Source: Candidatus Omnitrophota bacterium
GTDB lineage: Bacteria > Omnitrophota > Omnitrophia > Omnitrophales > Aquincolibacteriaceae
Reading direction: 5' to 3'
Length of the DNA: 64,000 bases
Assembly (NCBI GenBank): GCA_041666865.1
Contig: JBAYGD010000005.1
Location: 50,208-114,207 of the forward strand
In this document: one piece after another, positions 24,792-35,201 of the stretch
Position numbering within the stretch: position 1 is the stretch's first letter
Layout of the letters: each line of letters opens with the position of its first letter
The notes under the pieces: generated by a model
Databases searched by the model: none
What the model was told of the DNA's origin: nothing
Seen by the model: the letters and a program-made list of their open reading frames with translations, nothing else
Translations under genes and position numbers: made by a program

Positions 24792-26618
24792 TCAGACCCG
24801 CCCCGATTTCCGATTGAGTTTCAAAATGGTATCGTTCACCGCCGCCTCGTTCATCTGCTCAAGCGCGAGCGGCACAACCAGCGACCAGTTCCGGTCGTTC
24901 ATCGTCCCGGGAAAGTTAATGCGGTACTCCCACGGGTCTTCGCGGAATCCTTCGTCCAGGGAAAGCCAGTCCTGCAGGAGCTGGACGGAAAAAACCGCAG
25001 AGGTCGCAAGCACCTTTTCGAGCGCCCGGGCGACGAGACGGACGGAACATTTCTCGGCGCATTTTCCGCTCATGCCGGCGTATTTCCAGAACCGGTTCTT
25101 CTCGTCGTAGGACCCACGATAGTAATCCAGAATTTTATCGACCTCCCACTCCTGGCGATTCAAGGCGGCAAGGACAGAAGCTTTGTCCGTCAGTTCTTTT
25201 TTCCAGCGCAAACGGCCGTGTGCCGAGCGCTCCGGATCGAATAAGCGCTCTTGGGCCCATAGCGGATCGATTCCCCGCATTTCGCAAAGCCTCCTGAAAA
25301 TGATCTCGTCGACCGTGCCGGCCTCAAAGGCCCACCAGCCCCGAAACGACGAGGAATCGTGCGTCGAGATAACGGCGATCGAATTCTTCCTGAATTTTTC
25401 GGGCGGCGTGAAGCTGGCGTCCCCGGTCCAGTCCTTGGTCCAGCGCTGAACGTTGATCCCGGGGATTCCGTACTCGGCAAGGACCCGATAGGAACAATCC
25501 GGAACGGTCCCCAAATCCTCCGCGCAGGGAATCATCCGGGTATTTTCGATCCACGCACGCAGGATCCTCTTGCCGTGATCCTCCCACAAAGACTCCTCGG
25601 GCGGATCGAAAGCGCCGATCTGGCCCTCGTGCTCGAGAGGCTCCTCAAGGCGGATGGTCCAAAGGCGAAAGCATCCGACCACGTGGTCGATCCGGAAAAA
25701 ATCGTAAAACTGTTCGGCATAGCGAACCTTCGCCGCGGGATAGGCATAGCCGCCCTGCGCGATCGAATCCCAGCGGTAGGCCGGCATCCCCCAGCGCTGT
25801 CCCTTCGCGTAATAGTCATCGGGCGGTGCGCCCGAAACAAGGTCGAGTTTGAAGTCCTGCTGGCGGCTCCAGACATCGGCGCTGTCCCTTGACACAAGAA
25901 ACGGCAAGTCCCCCATCAGAAGGATCCCCTTTCCCGACGCATAGGCCTTGACCTCCCGAAACTGCTCGGCCAGCTGCCACTGAAGCCACTTGTGAAAGCG
26001 GATCACCCCGGCATGTTCCCGCTCGAAAGCCCTGAGAGCGTCAGGATTTCTGTGCTTGTAAGGATCCTCCCAGGACTCCCAGCCGGCCTGGCCGAATTTT
26101 TCTTTCAAGGCCTTATAAACCGCGTAATCGCCCAGCCAAAACCGGTTTTCTTCCTCGTAGGCGTCAAGCCCGGCGAGGCTTTTCCCGGAGCAGCCTTCAT
26201 AGATTCTCCAAAGTAGTTTGAGCTTCGCACCCTTGATCCGGTAATCCACGCGCGGTTTGCCGGCAGGGTATTCCATGCGGAGTTTCTCGAGGGCTTTTCG
26301 GAAAGGGGCCGCAGCCACTCCGCGCAGCTGTCCGACGGCCAAATACATCGGGTCCAGGGCAAAAGAACTCTGAGCGTCGTAAGGCCGAAACTCGAACCCG
26401 ACGTCATTCATCGGAAGGAGCTGGATGACGCTCATTCCCGTCTTGACGCACCAGTCGGCAAGAAGTTTGAGGTCCGGAATCTCTCCGATCCCGGCGCTTT
26501 CCCCGGAAAAAAGAGAAAACAGGGGCGTCACGACCCCTGAACGCCTCTGGACGCCGAGGCGCTTCCACTGGGGTCCGCTCAACGAATCAACGAGAAATTG
26601 ATAGGTTTCTTCATTCAT
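24792..26618 (-). CDS. malQ: 4-alpha-glucanotransferase (amylomaltase, GH77)
   Basis: 608 aa. GH77-like N-terminus ...GVVTPLFSLFSGESAGIGEIPDLKLLADWCVKTGMSVIQLLPMND... Confidence 0.75.
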   Translation of the reverse strand: MNEETYQFLVDSLSGPQWKRLGVQRRSGVVTPLFSLFSGESAGIGEIPDLKLLADWCVKTGMSVIQLLPMNDVGFEFRPYDAQSSFALDPMYLAVGQLRGVAAAPFRKALEKLRMEYPAGKPRVDYRIKGAKLKLLWRIYEGCSGKSLAGLDAYEEENRFWLGDYAVYKALKEKFGQAGWESWEDPYKHRNPDALRAFEREHAGVIRFHKWLQWQLAEQFREVKAYASGKGILLMGDLPFLVSRDSADVWSRQQDFKLDLVSGAPPDDYYAKGQRWGMPAYRWDSIAQGGYAYPAAKVRYAEQFYDFFRIDHVVGCFRLWTIRLEEPLEHEGQIGAFDPPEESLWEDHGKRILRAWIENTRMIPCAEDLGTVPDCSYRVLAEYGIPGINVQRWTKDWTGDASFTPPEKFRKNSIAVISTHDSSSFRGWWAFEAGTVDEIIFRRLCEMRGIDPLWAQERLFDPERSAHGRLRWKKELTDKASVLAALNRQEWEVDKILDYYRGSYDEKNRFWKYAGMSGKCAEKCSVRLVARALEKVLATSAVFSVQLLQDWLSLDEGFREDPWEYRINFPGTMNDRNWSLVVPLALEQMNEAAVNDTILKLNRKSGRV

Positions 26619-26635
26619 AGAAAAATGATCTTAAA

Positions 26636-27724
26636 TCATGTTTTGCGAAAAGGGAAATAAAATTCGCTTTTCGAGGGGATACGCAAGCGTTTGCTCAGTT
26701 TTTCGACGAGCGCCGCTTCCGCCTGAAGCCACAACGCCTCATCCGCACCGGCGGCGACTTTCAAACTGCCTCCGGCGATCGAGTCGTGTCCCCCGGCGTC
26801 TCCGCGGTTTTGAAAGATATCGCGAAGGATTTCGCCCGCTTCCGCGTTCGGGTTCGTCATGCGCAAAGAGACGTGAAGCCTTCCCTTGTAGCGGCCCGTG
26901 ACAAAAGACCACCGGAGCCCCTTGTAGGTTAGAAGAAAATCGGCCGCTTGCGCGATCAGGTCGGGATTTTCAACGTCTCCAAGATGGGACACGATCAGCT
27001 GCCGGCGGATCATCGCCCGATGGATCGCCTTGCTCAAGGTCGAGAAAAACCTCCGGGACCTCGGAGGGTTTTGGATTTGCGCGAGCGAGCGCAAATCGCA
27101 GCGCAGGAGCATGTCCAAATAAGTCCGGCTGATGTGCGGCTGGCCGGCACGGTAGAGATTGAGCGTATCGGACTGGATGCCGTAGGCCAAGGCAGTCGCC
27201 ACATTGGCCGGGATGTCGGAATGAGAAACGAGGAGGGCCTGCGCAAGGATCACGGACGTCGCCCCGCATTCGGGGTCGATAATCGAAAAGTCCGCGGCGG
27301 GCTTCGAGACCGAGACGTGCTGGTCGATCACGATGGCAGCCTTCCGGCCTCCGGGAAAAGGGTTGTTCTTGAAGTCCGGCTGGGTGTCGACGAGCGCCAC
27401 CGCCGAGAACTTGCGAAAGTCGCGGGGACGGATTTTGTGAGCGGGAATTTTCAGGAGACGGACCATGGCCCGGTTTTCCATGCGCCCGACGATCCCTCCG
27501 TAGACGATCCTGGCCTCAATCCCAAAACCCTTTTGGGCGAGGAACTGTAAGGCAAACGCGCTGGCCAGCGCATCGGGATCGGGATAGTCATGGGTCAGAA
27601 TGAGAAGCGGGCTGATGGCTTCCCGGCGCTCGGACATGAATTTCAGAAGTTTGCGGGCATTCCGGCTCACAAGTTCCTTGCCGATTTTGGTCATGAGCTC
27701 CGTGCCGGACTGGGAACAGGCCAT
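26636..27724 (-). CDS. nrnA: DHH-family phosphoesterase (NrnA-like bifunctional oligoribonuclease/pAp phosphatase)
   Basis: DHH motifs ...LILTHDYPDPDALASAFAL... and DHHA1 GGHDSIAGG. Start placed at MACSQSGTELMTKIG (27724). The upstream 200 codons of the listed 569-aa ORF overlap another real gene in a different frame and look spurious. Confidence 0.7.
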   Translation of the reverse strand: MACSQSGTELMTKIGKELVSRNARKLLKFMSERREAISPLLILTHDYPDPDALASAFALQFLAQKGFGIEARIVYGGIVGRMENRAMVRLLKIPAHKIRPRDFRKFSAVALVDTQPDFKNNPFPGGRKAAIVIDQHVSVSKPAADFSIIDPECGATSVILAQALLVSHSDIPANVATALAYGIQSDTLNLYRAGQPHISRTYLDMLLRCDLRSLAQIQNPPRSRRFFSTLSKAIHRAMIRRQLIVSHLGDVENPDLIAQAADFLLTYKGLRWSFVTGRYKGRLHVSLRMTNPNAEAGEILRDIFQNRGDAGGHDSIAGGSLKVAAGADEALWLQAEAALVEKLSKRLRIPSKSEFYFPFRKT

Positions 27725-27831
27725 CGCTTCGCCTTTGCTGTGATCAATTGACGGTTGAGGACACACTGCTACTAGTATCGGCTTTTTAACGCAATTTTGT
27801 AGGGGGGGGCGACGCCCGGCGCACAAGGCCG

Positions 27832-28398
27832 TCAATGTTCTTCGCGGTAACGCTCCCACAAGCGGCGGATGTCGTTCTCGGCCGAACGCAGGACCGCCGA
27901 ACCGATATAGACCATGACCGAGAACGGCCAGCAGTCCTCCGGACCGATCACAAGCCCCGTCGAGACGTTCTCGGCGCGCTGGAGTTCCCTCTCGTAGTGA
28001 CCGACGGCCTCTCCGAGTTTCCCTTCCCGGACATCGACCGACTCGGTTTTGTTGTGATAATTCATTGAAGGAAAGCGCACCCCCCGCACAAGCAAAAAGT
28101 CGGCGAGAGTATCCAGGTCCGACTTCGACGCGTGATCCGACTCGAACCCCTCGAAAAGCGGAAGATTGGGCGGAAGGAGGAGCGACGGTTTTTCGACGGT
28201 GACCTCCCCCTTGCGCACGACCGTATCCCCGGCATTGACCGCCGACTCGGCCAAAAAGATGTAGGGAAGGAGAGTTTTGTCGAACGTTTGAAGCGGCTGA
28301 ATGCGGGGCCTGACGATCTCGGTCTGCTTCATCGCCCTGTCCCAAGCGTCCCGGAAATCCATGGCGAGGATGCTACTTGGCTTTCGCGAGTTTCGCAA
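27832..28398 (-). CDS. conserved hypothetical protein
   Basis: 188 aa with protein-like composition. No family recognised from the sequence. Confidence 0.4.
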   Translation of the reverse strand: MRNSRKPSSILAMDFRDAWDRAMKQTEIVRPRIQPLQTFDKTLLPYIFLAESAVNAGDTVVRKGEVTVEKPSLLLPPNLPLFEGFESDHASKSDLDTLADFLLVRGVRFPSMNYHNKTESVDVREGKLGEAVGHYERELQRAENVSTGLVIGPEDCWPFSVMVYIGSAVLRSAENDIRRLWERYREEH

Positions 28399-28416
28399 GG
28401 GAATTTGGAAGGCCCA

Positions 28417-29286
28417 TCAAAAGCCAAGGGTCTTGCGGATGACTTGGGGAAGGAAAGTCAGTAAATCGCCGGCCGTCATCGAAATTTCTCCGAACTTACG
28501 GGCAGCAAGGTCTCCGGCTAGGCCGTGCAGGTAAGCGCCGAAGCGGGCCGCGTCCCACGGCGAAAAACCCTGGCCCAGAAGCGCCGCAATCATGCCGGTG
28601 AGCACATCCCCCGAGCCACCGGTCGCCATCCCGGGATTTCCCGTCGTATTCACGTAGGTTTTTCCGTTCGGGGCAGCCACAACGGTCCCCCGGCCTTTGA
28701 GGAGGACGATGCCCCCGCAGGACTTGGCGGCCTGGGCGGCTCTTTTCTTTCTCACGGAAGGTGCTCCGGTCAAAGGACCGCCGAAAAGCCTTAGAAATTC
28801 TCCCGGGTGCGGCGTCAAGATGAAGCGGCCCGTGATTTTTTTTAAGAGGGCAGGGTGCCCTTCGAGCGCGTTCAGTCCGTCAGCATCAAGAACCACCGGC
28901 AGGGAAACTTCCCGTATGAGCGCCCGGACAAGAGCCTGGGTTTCACTTTGACGAGAAAGGCCGGGGCCGACGGCGAGCACATCCTGGGTTCGCGCAAAAT
29001 CGAGAATCGCCCTGAGCGAGCGGCGGCTCAAAGTCCCTTCGTGCGTCGAAGCGAAGGGCTTGACCATCACCTCGGCTTCGCGCCTCGCAAGAACCGTGTA
29101 AATTTTTTCCGGAACGCCGAGCGTGACAAGCCCCGCACCAGCGCGAAGACAGGCGGAGGCCGCGAGGTGAGCGGCGCCCGCGTATCCTTTGGACCCGGCA
29201 AGGATCAAAACGCGCCCGAAATCGCCCTTGTGGGCCGCCCGTGCGCGGCGCTTCCATGACTTACGGATTTCCGGAGCCAGGTTCAT
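28417..29286 (-). CDS. nnrD: ADP-dependent (S)-NAD(P)H-hydrate dehydratase (YjeF C-terminal domain family)
   Basis: 289 aa. ...GDFGRVLILAGSKGYAGAAHLA...GNPGMATGGSGDVLTGMIAALLGQG... Confidence 0.8.
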   Translation of the reverse strand: MNLAPEIRKSWKRRARAAHKGDFGRVLILAGSKGYAGAAHLAASACLRAGAGLVTLGVPEKIYTVLARREAEVMVKPFASTHEGTLSRRSLRAILDFARTQDVLAVGPGLSRQSETQALVRALIREVSLPVVLDADGLNALEGHPALLKKITGRFILTPHPGEFLRLFGGPLTGAPSVRKKRAAQAAKSCGGIVLLKGRGTVVAAPNGKTYVNTTGNPGMATGGSGDVLTGMIAALLGQGFSPWDAARFGAYLHGLAGDLAARKFGEISMTAGDLLTFLPQVIRKTLGF

Positions 29287-30026
29287 TTCGAGCGTGTCTT
29301 CTGCCGTCCGGCACGGATCGCAGTTTTCATGAGCCGCACGGCCTTACTTAAACCCACGAACACCGCGAGGGCCACAATTGAGTGCCCGATATTGAGCTCT
29401 TCGAGTTCCGGGATCCGGGCGATCGCGGCCACGTTTTCGTAATTGAGCCCGTGGCCCGCATTGACCTTGAGACCGAGCCGGCGCGCGTATTGCGCGGCCG
29501 AGCGGATCTTGTTCAGTTCGTGCAGCCGTGCCCTACCCACCGCATTCGCGTAGGCGCCGGTATGGATTTCAATGGCATTCGCTCCCGAGCAGGCCGCAGC
29601 ACGGATCTGCGGCTTGGAAGGGGCGATGAATAGGCTGACTTCGATCTTGCGTTTCCGGAGCCCGGAAGTCACCTTTTCGAGAGCCTTCTGATTTCTTACG
29701 GCATCCAGTCCCCCTTCGGTCGTCACCTCCCGGCGGCGCTCGGGGACAATGCAAACTTTGTTCGGCCGGAACCGGAGCGCGATCCGGACGATCGCGGGAT
29801 GAAGGGCCATTTCGAGATTCAGCGGGACCCGGCAAGCTTTTCGGATAGCGGGCAAATCATGATCCTGAATGTGCCGCCGGTCTTCACGCAGGTGGAACGT
29901 AATGCCGTCGGCGCCGCCGAGAACCGCTTCACGGGCCGCACGGGAGGGACTCGGGACCTGCCCTCCCCTGGCCTGCCGCAGCGTCGCAACATGATCGATA
30001 TTGACGCCCAAAGAAATTTTTTTCAT
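29283..30026 (-). CDS. pdxJ: pyridoxine 5'-phosphate synthase
   Basis: 247 aa. LGVNIDHVATLRQARGG...ITFHLREDRRHI...NLEMA... Overlaps nnrD by 4 nt. Confidence 0.85.
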   Translation of the reverse strand: MKKISLGVNIDHVATLRQARGGQVPSPSRAAREAVLGGADGITFHLREDRRHIQDHDLPAIRKACRVPLNLEMALHPAIVRIALRFRPNKVCIVPERRREVTTEGGLDAVRNQKALEKVTSGLRKRKIEVSLFIAPSKPQIRAAACSGANAIEIHTGAYANAVGRARLHELNKIRSAAQYARRLGLKVNAGHGLNYENVAAIARIPELEELNIGHSIVALAVFVGLSKAVRLMKTAIRAGRQKTRSK

Positions 30027-30050
30027 CGCAGGTCACCCCGGAACATTTTT

Positions 30051-30980
30051 TTAAGTTTTCCGGACCGTCACTTTGACCCCAAGGGACTGGCCCTCCTTGA
30101 GGCTGACCGTTTCCGGCACCACCATGCGGACCGGAACCTCTTGGGAGCCGTCCGAAATCCCCGAAGCGTCCGCATAAAGCAGGATTTTGTCGGCCGTAAG
30201 CTCGGCAAGCGCCTTTTTGGATCCCCGAAGCATGAACGACACGGCCGCAGGCTCAATCGTGACGGCGCTGGCGGCTTCCGGTCCCCGGAGGATTTTCACC
30301 GGAATATTTTCGAAATTTTTCTCTTCGGATTCCTCGCGGATCGGCACGTAAATGTCGATGGGGGTTTCATTCATCGACTTGACGAGCGCCGGAAGATTCA
30401 AGGCGGCAGTCCTGCGAAAAGGGCGGACTCTGCCCACGAGATCGATTTTCTCGGTTTCGATCGATTCCTGTTTTTCGAGTATCCCCCGGGGCCCTTCGAT
30501 CAGCACCGCGTTCGGATCCAGTTGAATTTCCTCCTGCATAATCTTATAGCCGAAGGCCGGATCGCCCCGGAAAACCGGGACGATCTTGATCTTCTTTGTG
30601 ATGATCTCGTCGAGCGTCACGTGGACCGCGGCGGGTTCGATCTTGACCACGCGGATCTGAGGGTTCGGCACCCGGATTTCGCCCGGCTCGACCCGGAAAG
30701 AATAATCTCCGGCCGCCGAGATTTCCCGGCCCACGGCGTGGACCGCGACAATTTTATCGGAGACGAGCTGGGAAAAAAGGGCGCGGGGAGCCGTCAAAGT
30801 GACCTGAAGGTTCTTCACGCTGGTTTTGAGCATGCTCAGCTGGGCGTTATCGATCCGGATCTCGAGGGGAACGGTCCGGGTAATCCCCACGACCTCTTCG
30901 CCGACCGCGTAATACCAGAGGCCGACGGCTAGCAGCAGGGAAAAGAGTTTGATGCCCCAATTTTGCGCGAACCACTTCAT
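30051..30980 (-). CDS. cdaR: YbbR-domain protein (CdaR-type regulator of diadenylate cyclase)
   Basis: 309 aa. N-terminal TM helix plus repeated YbbR-like beta domains. Overlaps cdaA by 4 nt. Confidence 0.7.
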   Translation of the reverse strand: MKWFAQNWGIKLFSLLLAVGLWYYAVGEEVVGITRTVPLEIRIDNAQLSMLKTSVKNLQVTLTAPRALFSQLVSDKIVAVHAVGREISAAGDYSFRVEPGEIRVPNPQIRVVKIEPAAVHVTLDEIITKKIKIVPVFRGDPAFGYKIMQEEIQLDPNAVLIEGPRGILEKQESIETEKIDLVGRVRPFRRTAALNLPALVKSMNETPIDIYVPIREESEEKNFENIPVKILRGPEAASAVTIEPAAVSFMLRGSKKALAELTADKILLYADASGISDGSQEVPVRMVVPETVSLKEGQSLGVKVTVRKT

Positions 30981-31789
30981 GGCGCTTTTTCCTTGCGAAA
31001 GGTGCTCCAGTTTTTCTCCAAAAACTCCCGGAAGGTCTTCTTGTCTTCGGCGGGTTTGAAAAGCCCGACGAGTTGTTCCCTCAAGCCTTCGCTGTCAAGG
31101 TCCGGCGACAGCCGGCCCGCGGCCGCGACCGAAATGGTCCCGCGCTCCTCGGACACGACGACACAAACGGCATCCGTCTCTTCCGTCAGCCCGAGGGCCG
31201 CCCGGTGGCGGGTCCCAAGGTGGCGGGCCAGGTCCGGATTCTGGCTCAAGGGAAAAAGCGATCCACACGCGGCCAGGCGGTCGTTCTGGATGATGACTCC
31301 CCCGTCGTGCGTGGGCGTATTGGGAGCAAAAAGGGTCATCAGCAGTTCGGCGCTCACCCGCGCATCGACGGCGATGCCGCTTTCGATGAAATTTTTGAGC
31401 CCGATGTCCCTCTCGATCGCAATCAGCGCCCCGATCCGGTTGCGCGACAGGTACTCACAGGCCTGGATCAGCTCGTCGACGGTGCCCCCTTTTTTGAGGA
31501 ACCCTCCGAAAAAGGTATTCTGCCCGATCCTGGCAAGTCCGCGTCGCAGCTCGGGCTGAAAGATGATGAGGAAGGCCACAACTCCGACGGCGAACATCTT
31601 AGTCAGTACCCAGTTGATCGTGTGGAGGTTCAGGAATTTCGCGATATTGAAAATGACGGCCATCACGACCAAGCCAAGGAGAACGTTGAGGGCGCGCGTC
31701 CCCTCAAAAAACCGAAAGAGATTGTAGATCAGGATCCAGATGAAGAGGATCTCCAGGATGGGGCGCCAGCTGGCAATCAGTAGGTCCAT
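30977..31789 (-). CDS. cdaA: diadenylate cyclase CdaA (3 TM + DAC domain)
   Basis: 270 aa. DAC motifs ...GALIAIERD... and ...THDGGVIIQNDRLAACGSLFPLS...RHRAALGLTEETDAVCVVVSEERGTIS. Confidence 0.85.
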   Translation of the reverse strand: MDLLIASWRPILEILFIWILIYNLFRFFEGTRALNVLLGLVVMAVIFNIAKFLNLHTINWVLTKMFAVGVVAFLIIFQPELRRGLARIGQNTFFGGFLKKGGTVDELIQACEYLSRNRIGALIAIERDIGLKNFIESGIAVDARVSAELLMTLFAPNTPTHDGGVIIQNDRLAACGSLFPLSQNPDLARHLGTRHRAALGLTEETDAVCVVVSEERGTISVAAAGRLSPDLDSEGLREQLVGLFKPAEDKKTFREFLEKNWSTFRKEKAP

Positions 31790-31876
31790 GTCAGTGTCTC
31801 GAAAAATGCGTTACCAATAGGCCTATACTAACACAGCCCCCGAAGAACGCGCAACGCTCCGAGGAGAAAAGTTTCG

Positions 31877-32914
31877 TCAAAACAGATCCGTTGGCCTGCC
31901 CGCGGGGATCGGGCGCTTAAAGTGATCGAAGGCGCGGCGCGTGGCGACGCGGCCCGTCGCCGTTCTCTTAAGAAACCCGCGCTGAATCAGGTAGGGCTCG
32001 TAAATTTCCTCGAGGGTCTCGGCCTCCTCGCCCACGCCGACCGCCAGATTCGCGATCCCGACCGGTCCACCCTGGCACTGGTCCAGAATGTACTCGAGGA
32101 CCCGTTTGTCCATGACGTCGAGGCCTTCGCGGTCCACGTCGAGCATCTGGAGCGCGGCGTCGGCCACCTCGGAGGTGATCCGGCCGTCGAAGCGGACCTG
32201 GGCGAAGTCGCGCACACGCCGCAGCAGGCGGTTCGCGATGCGCGGGGTCCCGCGCGAGCGCCGCGCGATTTCCCTCTCCCCCTCCGGATCCATTTCCACT
32301 TTCAGGATCCGGCTCGAGCGGTTCAGAATGCAGGCGAGATCCGGGTCCTCATAATAGTTGAGGTGCTCGACGATGCCGAAACGCGAACGCAGAGGCGCCG
32401 TCAAAAGCCCGCTTCGGGTCGTCGCCCCGACAAGCGTAAAAGGCGGGATGTTGATCTTGACCGAACGGGCGTTGGGCCCCTTGTCGATCATGATGTCGAT
32501 GCAGAAATCCTCCATCGCCGGGTACAGGTATTCCTCCACCACGTGGGAGATGCGGTGGATCTCGTCGATAAAAAGGACATCTCCTTCTTCGAGATTGGTG
32601 AGAATACCGGCCAGATCGCCCGGCCGCTCGAGCACCGGACCGGAGGTAAGCCGGATATTGGCGCCCATCTCCCGCGCCAGAATGTGGGCCAGCGTCGTTT
32701 TGCCAAGGCCGGGCGGCCCGAAAAACAGGCTGTGGTCGAGCGGCTCCTTGCGCCGGCGCGCGGCCTCAATGAAGATTCCGAGATTCTCCTTCAGTTTTTC
32801 CTGGCCGATGAACTCGGCCAGCACCGTGGGGCGCAGAGAAAGCTCCCAGGGCGCGTCTTCGGGGCTCCTTTCCTTTCCCGTTAAAGGCGTCGATCCCATA
32901 GCGCTTTCAGACAT
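31877..32914 (-). CDS. ruvB: Holliday junction branch migration helicase RuvB
   Basis: 345 aa. Walker [12 protein letters not shown] and DEIHR. Confidence 0.9.
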   Translation of the reverse strand: MSESAMGSTPLTGKERSPEDAPWELSLRPTVLAEFIGQEKLKENLGIFIEAARRRKEPLDHSLFFGPPGLGKTTLAHILAREMGANIRLTSGPVLERPGDLAGILTNLEEGDVLFIDEIHRISHVVEEYLYPAMEDFCIDIMIDKGPNARSVKINIPPFTLVGATTRSGLLTAPLRSRFGIVEHLNYYEDPDLACILNRSSRILKVEMDPEGEREIARRSRGTPRIANRLLRRVRDFAQVRFDGRITSEVADAALQMLDVDREGLDVMDKRVLEYILDQCQGGPVGIANLAVGVGEEAETLEEIYEPYLIQRGFLKRTATGRVATRRAFDHFKRPIPAGRPTDLF

Positions 32915-33329
32915 GGGCGGCTTCGATTTTCCTCTGGATCACTCCGGGCTGATCGAGCAGTTCGCGCGCCGACTCGGTATGCGAGATGTACTCGACGAAG
33001 TCGCGGATCGCCGACTGATCGTCCTGCGACAATTCCAGGAAGGAAACCGCCACGTAGTCGAAATGTCCTCCGCGGGCGGGCCTTACACGCACCACGCGTC
33101 CGAGAGCCCGGATTTCGCGGTCCGCCGGCGCGAGCAAAACGCTCGTCTGGAGCAGGCTCCCTTCAGGCAATCCCTTGTCGCTCCAGAAACGCAGTCCCCC
33201 CTCGCTCAGGTCACTGAGGTTAGAAACGTAGGGCTCGCCAAGCATTCCCGGAATTTTGTACTTCACCAGATAATCCACCCGAAGCCGGAGAAACCGCCGA
33301 GAATTTGCAGCATGATATTTTTTTGTCAT
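32907..33329 (-). CDS. PilZ-domain protein (c-di-GMP-binding type)
   Basis: 140 aa. RRFLRLRV (RxxxR) and DLSEGGLRF (D/NxSxxG) motifs. Located between ruvA and ruvB. Confidence 0.7.
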   Translation of the reverse strand: MTKKYHAANSRRFLRLRVDYLVKYKIPGMLGEPYVSNLSDLSEGGLRFWSDKGLPEGSLLQTSVLLAPADREIRALGRVVRVRPARGGHFDYVAVSFLELSQDDQSAIRDFVEYISHTESARELLDQPGVIQRKIEAAHV

Positions 33330-33345
33330 CGGGAAATCCTCCCTT

Positions 33346-33948
33346 TTATACGTATTTTAACGCCGCACGGATCAAATCGGAAACGGAAAGCTTTGCCGCC
33401 CCGTTCATCGTCATGGCTTTCTGGACCGCCTCCCGCGCGCCGGCCTTCCGGTACCCGAGCTCCACCAGGGCCCCAACCGCGTCCTCGGAAATGCCCTGCA
33501 AAGGCCCTTCCCCGGACGCCGAAGTCGTTCCGACGGCTCTGTCCTCAACCACCATTTTTTCCCGGAGCTCGATGATCAAACGTTCAGCCGTCTTCTTACC
33601 GATTCCCGAAATTCCCGTCAGCACAACCAGGGATCCTTCGGCAATGGCACGCTTCAGCTCCGGGACCGGAATTCCGGACAGGATCGTCGTCGCCATTTTG
33701 GGGCCGATGCCCGAAACGGACAGCAGCAGACGGAAAATTTTCCGTTCTTCTTCGGTCGCGAACCCGTACAAAAGATGCGCGTCTTCGCGGACCACCAGGT
33801 GGGTCAGGATCCGGACCATTTCGGTCGTCGCGGGCAGCGCCGCGTAAGTTGAAATCGGAATCAGGACGCGATACCCGACGCCGTTCACGTCCAGCGTCAG
33901 ATGCGTCGGCGTCTTTTCGATCAGTTTTCCCGCCAGGTACTGGTACAT
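33346..33948 (-). CDS. ruvA: Holliday junction DNA helicase RuvA
   Basis: 200 aa. MYQYLAGKLIEKTPTHLTLDVNGVGYRVLIP...LLSVSGIGPKMA... Confidence 0.9.
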   Translation of the reverse strand: MYQYLAGKLIEKTPTHLTLDVNGVGYRVLIPISTYAALPATTEMVRILTHLVVREDAHLLYGFATEEERKIFRLLLSVSGIGPKMATTILSGIPVPELKRAIAEGSLVVLTGISGIGKKTAERLIIELREKMVVEDRAVGTTSASGEGPLQGISEDAVGALVELGYRKAGAREAVQKAMTMNGAAKLSVSDLIRAALKYV

Positions 33949-33951
33949 CCG

Positions 33952-34452
33952 TCACCTCCCGAGGGTCGCGAGGACCTTCCGTAAGCCCCCCGAACTATGC
34001 ACGTGGCAAATCGCAATGGCAAGGGCGTCGGCGCTGTCTTCTTGCGGCAGGGCCTTGAGGTTGAGGAGAGTTTTGACCATGTGCTGAACCTGGTCCTTCG
34101 CCGCATGGCCGTTGCCACTGACGGCCTGTTTGACGCGCGTGGGCGTATATTCGACCACGTCGATCCCCGATTCCGAGGCGGCCAACATCGCACAGGAGCG
34201 GGCCTGGCCAACCCGCATCATGGCGCGAAGGTCCTTGCCGTAAAGAAATCCTTCAATCGCCATCACTTCGGGCTTGTATTCGGTGATCACTTCCAGGATC
34301 CGCCGGTAGATCCAGTGGACCTTTTGGGCCATCTCAAGGTCCTTGGGCACAGCCAAGGTCGTCTCATAAATCATCCGGTACGACTGCGCCTGGGCCTCAA
34401 TGATCCCGATCCCCGTATAGCGAGTCCCCGGATCGATGCCCAGTACCCGCAT
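33952..34452 (-). CDS. ruvC: crossover junction endodeoxyribonuclease RuvC
   Basis: Start placed at MRVLGIDPGTRYTGIGI (internal Met of the listed ORF 33952..34494). RNase H-like motifs. Confidence 0.85.
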   Translation of the reverse strand: MRVLGIDPGTRYTGIGIIEAQAQSYRMIYETTLAVPKDLEMAQKVHWIYRRILEVITEYKPEVMAIEGFLYGKDLRAMMRVGQARSCAMLAASESGIDVVEYTPTRVKQAVSGNGHAAKDQVQHMVKTLLNLKALPQEDSADALAIAICHVHSSGGLRKVLATLGR

Positions 34453-35201
34453 CAGGCGCTGACCTCTTTCATGACCTCGTCGGGGATGTCGCAATTGGCG
34501 TAAACGTTCTGGACGTCATCGTGGTCTTCGAGGGCGTCGATCAGCTTAAGGATCGAGCGGGCCGAGTCGACGCTCACCGTCACTTGATTCTTGGGAATCA
34601 TCGTCACTTGGGCCGATTCCATCGCAACCTTCGCCTTTTCGAGGGCCGTGCGAACGGCCTCAAAATCATGCAGAGAGGTCGTAATTTCAAATTTGTCACC
34701 GGCCTGGGCCAGATCCTCGGCGCCGGCCGAAAGGGCGATCTCCATGAGGGCTTCTTCGGTCGCGTTTTTCTGGTCCACCACGATCAGCCCCTTCTTCTCG
34801 AAGATCCAGGCCACCGAGCCGGCTCCGGCCATCGAGCCGCCGCTTTTGCTGAAAAGGGTTCGGATCTCCGCCGCCGTGCGGTTTTTGTTGTCGGTCAGAC
34901 AGAGCGCGAGCATCGCCACCCCCTGCGCCCCGTAGCCCTCGTAAGTCACTTCCTCAAAAGTCACGCCCTCGGTTTCTCCGGTTCCTTTCTTGATGGCACG
35001 GTCAACGTTCTCGGCGGGCATATTGGCGGCACGCGCGGTTTGCATCGCCGTACGCAAGCGCGGATTGGCCGTCACGTCGCCCCCGCCCATTCTGGCGGCC
35101 GCCGTGATTTCGCGCATGATTTTTGTAAACACTTTTCCCCGCTTGGCATCCGCCGCGCCCTTCTTATGTTTGATCGTAGCCCATTTAGAATGTCCCGACA
35201 T
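34452..35201 (-). CDS. yebC: YebC/PmpR-family transcriptional regulator
   Basis: 249 aa. MSGHSKWATIKHKKGAADAKRGKVFTKIMREI... Confidence 0.9.
   Translation of the reverse strand: MSGHSKWATIKHKKGAADAKRGKVFTKIMREITAAARMGGGDVTANPRLRTAMQTARAANMPAENVDRAIKKGTGETEGVTFEEVTYEGYGAQGVAMLALCLTDNKNRTAAEIRTLFSKSGGSMAGAGSVAWIFEKKGLIVVDQKNATEEALMEIALSAGAEDLAQAGDKFEITTSLHDFEAVRTALEKAKVAMESAQVTMIPKNQVTVSVDSARSILKLIDALEDHDDVQNVYANCDIPDEVMKEVSA

Noticed and set aside
27725-28345. N-terminal 200 codons of the listed 569-aa ORF 26636..28345
   Set aside because: This segment overlaps the well-formed gene 27832..28398 in another frame and has junk composition (RGRG-rich). DHH motifs begin only after Met 27724, so the nrnA start was moved there.
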